A stretch of DNA of 12,336 nucleotides from a virus (Duplodnaviria > Heunggongvirae > Uroviricota > Caudoviricetes): positions 1 through 12,336 of IMG/VR virus record IMGVR_UViG_3300031760_000008; one strand, given 5' to 3'. How positions within the stretch are numbered: the stretch's first letter is position 1; every line of letters begins with the position of its first letter. Both the position numbers and the translations under genes were made by a program. This document shows positions 1 to 6,701 of the stretch, in pieces. The notes below the pieces were generated by a model. That model was not told where the DNA came from. It worked only from the letters and a program-made list of their open reading frames with translations, and did not search any database.

Positions 1-315
1 ATATGTTTGTCCTGGACCTTCTAAAGATATTAATATTGTATTACCCATTCCTGGATCTCCAGCTTCTTCATCAAATATTTCTTTTAATCTATTTATTTTA
101 GTTAAATCATCTTGATCAGGTAGTTCTTCATAAATATCATTTAATTCATCTTCATCACCGTCTAAAATATTTATAAAAGCATATTCAAAAGCTTCTAAAT
201 CTAATGGGTATTCTCTTTCTTCTACTATCCAATCTTCAATTAGATCTCTTCTTGTTTGAGGTCTGCGCTCTGCACAAGCAGTATTTAAAAAATATGTAAA
301 TTTATATTTAGCCAT
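1..315 (-). CDS. Hypothetical acidic protein, 3' end truncated by the window edge (MAKYKFTYFLNTACAERRPQTRRDLIEDW...)
   Basis: Not in the ORF track because it has no stop in the window. ATG at 315-313 follows GGAAGGAG, and the frame stays open for 105 codons to base 1. Confidence 0.8.
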   Translation of the reverse strand, partial: MAKYKFTYFLNTACAERRPQTRRDLIEDWIVEEREYPLDLEAFEYAFINILDGDEDELNDIYEELPDQDDLTKINRLKEIFDEEAGDPGMGNTILISLEGPGQTY

Positions 316-330
316 TTTAATTCTCCTTCC

Positions 331-666
331 TTATATTTCTGAAAGATAAGCATAAACAGTTTGCTTAGATCTTTCTTGTTGAGGTAATTTAATATCAAAA
401 GTCACTTCAAATTCTATATCATCTAAGTTTCTTGCTGTTTCCATTGTTTCAACAGTAGCATTATCTATATTTTCAAAATAAGTTTCTTGTTCAAGATTTT
501 TCTTTAAATCATCTAAATTCTCATAAGTCTCTTTGAAAGAATCATAATTACTTTCATATCCAGATCCTACAAATTTTATACCATATTGTTTTTCACAGCC
601 TAACAATTCATGTAAATTATTTAATTCATTTACCTTCTGAAATAATGTCTCTAAAACTATTACCAT
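331..666 (-). CDS. Hypothetical protein, 111 aa
   Basis: ORF with an AAGGAG RBS at about 675-680, co-oriented with its neighbours. No recognisable motif. Confidence 0.8.
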   Translation of the reverse strand: MVIVLETLFQKVNELNNLHELLGCEKQYGIKFVGSGYESNYDSFKETYENLDDLKKNLEQETYFENIDNATVETMETARNLDDIEFEVTFDIKLPQQERSKQTVYAYLSEI

Positions 667-723
667 GCTTAATTCTCCTTATATATTTACTATTAATATT
701 TTACTAAATAATAAAGAAGTTCT

Positions 724-2619
724 TTAATTAGAACTTCTATTTAAAAGTAATCTGATAGTAGTTTCGCTAGCTACATTAAGAGTATTAATATCATCTACTG
801 TTTCTCTATTTCTACATCTAGATATTCTAAGTAGATATAAATTCTTTTTAGGTCTAGTTAAAGCTACATATTGTAAATTTTTCTCTTGTTGTTGAGCATC
901 TTCTGTTTGAGAACTATATACATATGGAAATCTAGGATAATCATAAATATATACATTATCAGCTTCTCCACCTTTCATCATATGTATAGAAGATAAAATA
1001 GGTGCTTCTTTATTTATATTTCCTTTTAAGAAAGAATCTATATATACTTCTAAATCTTTTACAAGTATAGAACTACAATTTTCTTTATAATTATTAATCA
1101 AAGATTCTACTACATCATAATATTCAGCAAGAACATTATCTTGCATACCATCATATACAAAAGAATAATCTCCTTCTTCTTTATATTCTTTCATGCAATC
1201 TAATAAATAATCAACAGTATAATTAGATTTAGAAATAGGTTTCTTTAATGTCTTAGCATTTTTAACTAATCTTTTAAAAGTATTTTGCATATATTCCCTA
1301 TCAGATTTAGATATTTTCTCATCACTTTGTTTCCAATCGATATTTGCTTCTTCACATAATCTATATAACTCTTTTTCAACATTTAAACATTGATTATATC
1401 TTTTTATATATTCTTTAATAACTCTTTTAATTTCATTTACAATAGTTGTTACCATTTCAGTATTTTTAAATTTAACAGAAATCTTATCATCAAGTACTAA
1501 TTTTTTATATAATCTAACCAAATCATTATTTCTTCTTGCAAGAATTACATCATTTGCTTTAATATTTTTAGCTAAATCAATTTCATCTAAAAATTTAACT
1601 TCTCCTTTATCATCTCTTTTATGATTCCAATCAATTTCAGGTACTATATCTTGAGCTACCTTAATTACATTTTCAGGACATCTATAACAAATATTTAAAG
1701 GTAATTCATTTAAAGCAAAATTCTTTTTTAAATTTCTAATAGATTTAGTATCAGCTCCTGCAAAAGCGTAAATACTTTGTTTTTCATCTCCAACAGCTAT
1801 TAATCGAGTATCAAAATTAATAAGTAGTTTTAGAAATAATTGTTGTAATACTGATAAATCTTGAGTCTCATCAACAAGAACAAAATCTAAATATTGACGA
1901 GTAGCCCAAGGAACATTCATTTTATATAAACAAGGAAAATATATCATATCAGTATAACCAACTCTATAAATAGGTTTTCCAAAAGAATCTAGTTCAGGAT
2001 TTTCAAATTCATATTTAATTTTATCAATTGCTTCTTCTATAACTTCAGGAAATTTTCTTAATCCTAAATCATCCCAATTTTTCAAATTCCAACATAAACG
2101 AGGAGCTAGTTTATATATCTCATCATAATCATGATAATTAACATTATATAATCTAGAATAATTAACCATTTGAGATATTTCTCTTAATACATCTCCAAGT
2201 AAATCTTTAAAATCAGAATCAGATAATTCAGCATTAGCTATTCTGAATTCAGTATCACATTTTTGAGCAAATGAATTTTGTACCCATTCTTTAATCCTAT
2301 CATCATGCTGATCTACTTCAATTATATAATTCTCTCCATGTTTCTTATATAAATAAGATCTTAAAAAAGTTAATCCTAAACTATGTAGAGTTTTAATTTG
2401 TACATTATCAGAAATAATTCTAGTTTGTAACTCTTGTACAATTGATTTATTAAATGCTAAAAATAAACATTTTTTATCTTGAGCAATAATTTTATCAGCT
2501 ATTAAACATAATGTAGATGTTTTACCAGATCCAGCTTTTGCATCTACAAGTAAATTTCCATTATTACTATCTATATAATTCAAAATATTTTTTTGATAAT
2601 TACTTGGTTCAAATGACAT
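724..2619 (-). CDS. Superfamily 1 (UvrD/Rep/PcrA-like) ATP-dependent DNA helicase
   Basis: Walker A AKAGSGKTS, motif Ia LAFNKSI, motif II VDETQD, AVGDEKQSIYAFAGAD, LNICYRCP, SIHMMKGGE and YVALTRPKK. AAAGGAG RBS upstream. Confidence 0.93.
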   Translation of the reverse strand: MSFEPSNYQKNILNYIDSNNGNLLVDAKAGSGKTSTLCLIADKIIAQDKKCLFLAFNKSIVQELQTRIISDNVQIKTLHSLGLTFLRSYLYKKHGENYIIEVDQHDDRIKEWVQNSFAQKCDTEFRIANAELSDSDFKDLLGDVLREISQMVNYSRLYNVNYHDYDEIYKLAPRLCWNLKNWDDLGLRKFPEVIEEAIDKIKYEFENPELDSFGKPIYRVGYTDMIYFPCLYKMNVPWATRQYLDFVLVDETQDLSVLQQLFLKLLINFDTRLIAVGDEKQSIYAFAGADTKSIRNLKKNFALNELPLNICYRCPENVIKVAQDIVPEIDWNHKRDDKGEVKFLDEIDLAKNIKANDVILARRNNDLVRLYKKLVLDDKISVKFKNTEMVTTIVNEIKRVIKEYIKRYNQCLNVEKELYRLCEEANIDWKQSDEKISKSDREYMQNTFKRLVKNAKTLKKPISKSNYTVDYLLDCMKEYKEEGDYSFVYDGMQDNVLAEYYDVVESLINNYKENCSSILVKDLEVYIDSFLKGNINKEAPILSSIHMMKGGEADNVYIYDYPRFPYVYSSQTEDAQQQEKNLQYVALTRPKKNLYLLRISRCRNRETVDDINTLNVASETTIRLLLNRSSN

Positions 2620-2650
2620 AATATTTACAACTCCTTTATTTTATACTATT

Positions 2651-2660
2651 TATAACAACT
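2651..2660 (-). promoter_or_regulatory. Putative extended -10 promoter (AGTTGTTATAAAT) for the helicase
   Basis: TG-n-TATAAA about 30 nt upstream of the ATG. The same TGTTATA core recurs upstream of other genes. Confidence 0.5.
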
Positions 2661-2840
2661 CATATTATTAAATTTGCTATTACTATTATATTACAGTTTT
2701 GAAAAAATGGAACGAGATTTATTAAAATAAATTTAGGAAAATTTTTGGATCTGAGCAATCCATTGAAATAAAAAGCTTCGAATACGGTTTTTTAAGAATT
2801 TTTGGACAAATAGTCGGTATATTTATAAGGCAAAACTCTG

Positions 2841-2920
2841 TATACTCTATATAATGATATACTCTATATAATGATATAGTCATATAATGATATAGTCATA
2901 TACTTATATAATGATATCAC
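2841..2920. repeat. Tandem array of four ATATAATGATAT cores (iteron- or DUE-like)
   Basis: Exact 12-mer at 2849-2860, 2866-2877, 2882-2893 and 2906-2917, with ACTCT or AGTC linkers. Confidence 0.9.
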
Positions 2921-2932
2921 TCAATTCTCATT

Positions 2933-2991
2933 TCTGTTTCAGATTCAGATCTCTTTATCAAATTTCAGATTCAATTATCTGTTTCAGATCT
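2933..2991. repeat. Second short-repeat cluster built on TTCAGAT
   Basis: TCTGTTTCAGAT at 2933-2944 and 2978-2989. TTTCAGATTCA at 2937-2947 and 2963-2973. TTCAGAT occurs four times. Confidence 0.85.
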
Positions 2992-3006
2992 GTTCTGGAA
3001 ATGATT

Positions 3007-3613
3007 TTTGACAGATTTGTTAAACACCACCAGACAACCGATTTATAACACGGACAGCATCCACTTCGTGTGACGCTCGTGTTTTGGAAGCAGAAGTCAC
3101 CTTACCCTCCTCTCTAAAATCAATAAAAAATTGACGTTAGAGATGAGAGTAAAGTGCCCGAAAAAAATAGTGAGAACCTGGCTGGGGTGCTCACTAGAAC
3201 AATTTTCATAACGCGTGATTACGCGCTTCGTATAGCTTTCGGCCACATGCTAGATACTACTTCCTCACCAAGACTCGCTTATATGAGGGTCCTATAAAGA
3301 TTTTACAAGTAAGTCGGTTACTGTGATTATATATCTTACTTGTAGTAATTTGTATTTCGTTTCTAGTTACCTGCTATCATCTATTTACTTGATTCATACT
3401 GTGTTCAAATATATTGGAAATTACATTTGAACAACTGAGGTAATTAATATTTGCTTATGAACTTTCTATATATGCATCGCACGAGGACGGGATTAAATTT
3501 GTTCGCAGCTCGCGAGATGACTCTTTAACAGCCGACAAAACAGCACAACCGAACCGCGCCTGGTACTTGGAGATCGAACTTAGACAAGTTGAAATACCTT
3601 TCCATCGGTCAAA
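3007..3613 (-). ncRNA. Putative large (~610 nt) structured non-coding RNA, family not recognised
   Basis: No long ORF and raised GC (57/120 at 3481-3600 versus 8/60 in a sample coding line). Helices: 19/20-bp stem 3137-3156/3098-3117, 10-bp 3335-3344/3304-3313, 9-bp 3425-3433/3402-3410, 7-bp 3592-3598/3562-3568 and 7-bp 3221-3227/3210-3216. The termini pair (3613-3604 with 3016-3007, 9/10). G-U pairs work only on the minus strand. Confidence 0.7.
3161..3196 (-). terminator. Intrinsic terminator/attenuator-like hairpin inside the structured RNA
   Basis: Minus strand reads TAGTGAG-CACC-loop-GGTT-CTCACTA followed by T7. Confidence 0.55.
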
Positions 3614-3620
3614 TTCAATT

Positions 3621-3650
3621 ATTATTATTTATATAAAAATAGTATCGCAA
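3621..3650 (-). promoter_or_regulatory. Putative sigma-A-like promoter for the 610-nt RNA
   Basis: TTGCGA (3650-3645), a 17-18 nt spacer, then TAATAA/AATAAT (3627-3621). The predicted start near 3615 coincides with the 5' strand of the closing helix. Confidence 0.4.
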
Positions 3651-3688
3651 CTTCTATATAAACTTTAATAATATCTTTTATATCTCCC

Positions 3689-3948
3689 TTAACGTTGTGT
3701 TGCCAGTTATTTATTCAATCTAAATAGATTAAGTAGATTTCCTATCAACTACTCCTCAATATGCTTTCCCATATATCTTGATTATGCTGTATGAAATTAT
3801 ATTAATATTTCATTCCCTATAATCTTGTTTTGAATCAATTATAGTTTAAATAGAACTACTTTAAAAATATAGTTTATCTGATGTGTTATACAAACCGTTA
3901 CAAGAGTTCCTTTTTATAAATGTATACCTCAACTCTTTTGCACGTTAA
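3689..3948 (-). ncRNA. Compact ROOL-like structured RNA
   Basis: Closed by a 7-bp helix TTAACGT/ACGTTAA (3948-3942 with 3695-3689). Internal stems at 3931-3937/3902-3908 and 3807-3813/3791-3797. Segments GTTCTATTTAAACTA..AATTGATTCAAAAC and GAGGAGTAGTTGATAGGAAATCTACTTAATCTATTT..TTGAATAAATAACTG match my recollection of the 3' part of ROOL RNAs, which is unverified without cmsearch. Confidence 0.55.
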
Positions 3949-4164
3949 TTTTTTACTTTATAGATTTTATCCCAGGGCAAGGGACACCAGATTTCTGTGA
4001 TCAGCCTAAGAGGCATTTCCGTTACGAGTTATTCTAAAGGAGGGATTAGCTTAAATATCAAAACTTATTTATCTAATTTTCATATGACGCTCTAGAACCT
4101 ACTTTTAATGTTATATAAAACTATCTATATCTGGTCATAGATAGAATTTTAATTTACTAGATAT

Positions 4165-4233
4165 TTATAACATCTTTTTAAAGCAAATTAATAATCATGT
4201 GAAATTTTTATCACATGATTATTATAACATCTT
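4165..4233 (-). promoter_or_regulatory. Tandem extended -10 promoters flanking a perfect 14-bp inverted repeat
   Basis: Direct repeat TTATAACATCTT at 4165-4176 and 4222-4233 (minus strand AAGATGTTATAA[T/A], i.e. TGn-TATAAT). Inverted repeat TAATAATCATGTGA/TCACATGATTATTA at 4189-4202 and 4211-4224. Confidence 0.65.
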
Positions 4234-4239
4234 AATTTT

Positions 4240-5346
4240 TTAATTTTGATTAAATCTTTCAAATAGTCCCCCACGAATAATTTTATTATCTTCTCTAATT
4301 GGTAGAGATTTATCAAGATCTTCTATTTTTAAGTGATCTATAAGATGAGAAATTCTATCATATAAAGCTTCCACATCTAGAGTTTTAATTTCTAAATCTT
4401 CTAGAATAGAATAAATCTGAGGTCTATTATTATTTTCAAAAGGCATACAGTTACTATAAATAGTTGTTTTAATATTATTGATTACATCATCAGTAATATC
4501 ATCATCAATTAATTTTAAGTTTGTAAGTAATATATTAGTTAAAAATTGATCTTCATTAAAATTAAGATAAGCTTTTCTTTTAGGTACATCCATTTCTTTA
4601 CATACTTTATCTAATTCTTCTTCTGTTTTAGGAAAAGATCTTTCTTTATCTACTAAAGAACTAAATAACTTATATAAACCAGGAGCTGTTTTTTCTCCTA
4701 CTTGAAAACATGCAGAAGGAATATTATCTGAAGGATCTCCTACAATGCACTTACAACCTATATACTCATCTATATTCATATTCTTCTCTTTAAGAGTATT
4801 TATATCCCACATTTCTTCTTTCATGGGTCTTCTTACTTTACATCTTCTATTATCATCTTCAAATACAAGTTGTATTAAATCTTTATCATCTGAAACAACA
4901 ATACTATTTCTACTCATTTTAGAAAGAATACAAATTAAATCATCACCTTCCCAATCATTAATTCTAATTGTAGGTATTCCAAATAAAGGTAATAATTGCA
5001 TTAAATCATTTCTTTGAGTACTATATTCTCTTCTAAATTCTAAATCAAATAGTTGTTCTTCAGTTAAATCTTCATCTTTACATTCAAGTAAAGCTTGTCT
5101 TTCAATATTCTTTTTATAATTAGGATATATTTCTAATCTTCTTTTAGATAATCCTCCATCAAATATTACAACTGGATAGAAATTCCAATCCTTAGATTCT
5201 TTAATAATAGACCTAAGTACTCCATATATTCCACCTGTTCTTTTACCTTTAGAGTTTATCATTTCCCATTGATTAGGTTGACTAAGATTTCTATGTAATA
5301 AATACGATCCATCAAATATTAGAACTCTATTAAAGTTAATATCCAT
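4240..5346 (-). CDS. 5'-3' exonuclease / flap endonuclease (Pol I 5'-nuclease, T4 RNase H and T5 D15 family)
   Basis: LIFDGSYLLHR, VIFDGG, RRLEIYPNYKKN, WEGDDLI, VVSDDKDLIQL, and the H3TH motif GDPSDNIP..VGEKTA. AGGAGG RBS. Confidence 0.93.
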   Translation of the reverse strand: MDINFNRVLIFDGSYLLHRNLSQPNQWEMINSKGKRTGGIYGVLRSIIKESKDWNFYPVVIFDGGLSKRRLEIYPNYKKNIERQALLECKDEDLTEEQLFDLEFRREYSTQRNDLMQLLPLFGIPTIRINDWEGDDLICILSKMSRNSIVVSDDKDLIQLVFEDDNRRCKVRRPMKEEMWDINTLKEKNMNIDEYIGCKCIVGDPSDNIPSACFQVGEKTAPGLYKLFSSLVDKERSFPKTEEELDKVCKEMDVPKRKAYLNFNEDQFLTNILLTNLKLIDDDITDDVINNIKTTIYSNCMPFENNNRPQIYSILEDLEIKTLDVEALYDRISHLIDHLKIEDLDKSLPIREDNKIIRGGLFERFNQN

Positions 5347-5402
5347 ATTTAATTCCTCCTAAAATCAATTTTAACAGCTTTTTTATTATTAAGCATAAAA
5401 TA

Positions 5403-5461
5403 ATATATCTTTAATTAAAACAACTTAATATATTATAAATATGCTTCAATTAAAGATATAT
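5403..5461. repeat. 14-bp inverted repeat upstream of the exonuclease gene (operator or terminator)
   Basis: ATATATCTTTAATT (5403-5416) pairs with AATTAAAGATATAT (5448-5461) across a 31-nt spacer. It lies next to TGTTATAAT at about 5462-5470. Confidence 0.6.
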
Positions 5462-5473
5462 ATTATAACATTT

Positions 5474-6106
5474 TTATCCTTCATTTTGCTTATGTTGATA
5501 AACAAGTCTATTTCTTATCTCCTTTATAGCCTTCATAGGATAAATTTTATATTTATCACATAAAATTCTTATTTGTTCATCAGTTTTAGAATTATATATG
5601 ATATCATCTTTAGCTTCTCTAGATAGAATTATTTGTTTTTTAGAATTAACTTTAACATGTTCATTTTCTGTAACATATACATCTATACCAAATTTATATA
5701 TTCTTTGTTGTGGAATTTCTACTTCTTTCTCTTTAGGTTTAATAGTTCTTTCTCTTTTTATATTTAGATTAAAATGATCTTTTGCAGCATTAATTACATT
5801 ATTTAAATCTTCAATTGATATAGTAGCTACATAATTATATAAAGATCTTTGATCTCCTGTATGTAATGTATCTAATTCTACATACATATAATCATTATTA
5901 ACTTTAACTCTACAAAATGATCTCTCCCCATATTCAGTAGGTTTTACTTTCAAATAAGTAAATTTTTGTCTTTGAAATTCATCAGTAAAAGCTGATAAAA
6001 TTAAAACATAACCAGAGCCAGCGCTCATGCCTTCATAATGTTCTTCATATTGATTTATACTTTTAACTGACCATATAGTTCCTCTTTTTAAATAAATATT
6101 CCACAT
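5474..6106 (-). CDS. Hypothetical protein with a probable N-terminal PemK/MazF-like fold and a helical, possibly HTH, C-terminus
   Basis: LKRGTIWSV...VLILS...VELDTLHTGDQRSL..YVATISIEDLNNVINAAKDHFNL parallels the PemK pattern KRGDIYWV..RPVLVVS..LLEQIRTIDKSRL..IG.LS.E.M..V..AL...LGL. Confidence 0.5.
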   Translation of the reverse strand: MWNIYLKRGTIWSVKSINQYEEHYEGMSAGSGYVLILSAFTDEFQRQKFTYLKVKPTEYGERSFCRVKVNNDYMYVELDTLHTGDQRSLYNYVATISIEDLNNVINAAKDHFNLNIKRERTIKPKEKEVEIPQQRIYKFGIDVYVTENEHVKVNSKKQIILSREAKDDIIYNSKTDEQIRILCDKYKIYPMKAIKEIRNRLVYQHKQNEG

Positions 6107-6119
6107 AATAACCCTCTAT

Positions 6120-6686
6120 TTATACAATTCTGTTCATTTTAACAAGTAATTTTCTATCTTCTTCAGGTAATTCATCTTTTTCTATTAATTCTTGTAATTT
6201 TTCAGTATCTCTGTATTTCCAAGCTATAATTTCATAAATTGAGAAATAAGATAAAATATTAAATTTATCTTTACCTTTTTCTAAATTATTTAAAAATAAA
6301 GCTACTTGTGTTTTTAATCTATTTGTAGGTACATTATATCTCTTACTAATTTCTCCTATTCTAAAATCTACAACTTCATTATTACCTTCATTTAAAAATA
6401 CATCAAATACTTCTTCCATAAAAGCAATTGCTACTTTTTCAGACCAGTCATTTTTACCTCTTTTATAATTAATGTCTTCAAGAGTTTTAACTATAGTTCT
6501 TCTTACAGAAATGTTAGAAAAATAAGATGTTGTTACAAACAAATCTTTATCTTCTTCACAAACAACATTAGGCTGAAAATGACCATAGGTTTGAATATAG
6601 TCTTCTAAAGATATTCTCTTTAATAACCTCCTTCCTAATTTTTCAAATTTGTTAGAAAATCTGTTAATTGTTTTACAACTATCCAT
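6120..6686 (-). CDS. Hypothetical protein, 188 aa (possible HTH segment IGEISKRYNVPTNRLKTQV)
   Basis: ORF with a GGAGGT RBS. The HTH assignment is only a pattern impression. Confidence 0.75.
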   Translation of the reverse strand: MDSCKTINRFSNKFEKLGRRLLKRISLEDYIQTYGHFQPNVVCEEDKDLFVTTSYFSNISVRRTIVKTLEDINYKRGKNDWSEKVAIAFMEEVFDVFLNEGNNEVVDFRIGEISKRYNVPTNRLKTQVALFLNNLEKGKDKFNILSYFSIYEIIAWKYRDTEKLQELIEKDELPEEDRKLLVKMNRIV

Positions 6687-6701
6687 TTTTCTATACCTCC
6701 T

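Noticed and set aside
2841-2991. Repeat clusters considered as a mini-CRISPR array
   Set aside because: Units are only 7-17 bp without unique 30-40-nt spacers, and no cas genes are present.
3240-3270. GAGGAAGT...CATG resembles the RNase P GAGGAAAGUCC motif
   Set aside because: The motif is incomplete and the 3' P4 partner (AGAAC..GGCUUA) is absent.
3305-3380. Group I intron-like words (ATAGCAGG, AAGATATA, CGACTTA)
   Set aside because: They occur in the wrong order (S before R), no P7 pairing can be built, and there are no exon halves.
3561-3590. GTTCGATCTCCAAGTACCA on the minus strand resembles a tRNA/tmRNA T-loop plus a CCA end
   Set aside because: No T-stem pairs around TTCGATC and no acceptor partner is present. 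The bases fit a different stem (GGTATTT/AAGTACC).
3970-4030. Plus-strand CAGGGCAA..GGGACAC..CAGCCTAA..GTTACG resembling a c-di-GMP-I riboswitch
   Set aside because: The P2 stem with its GNRA loop is missing, P3 pairing is poor, and no plus-strand gene follows.
4745-5017. Plus-strand 90-aa ORF from the track
   Set aside because: Antisense shadow of the well-supported exonuclease gene, with no RBS or motif.
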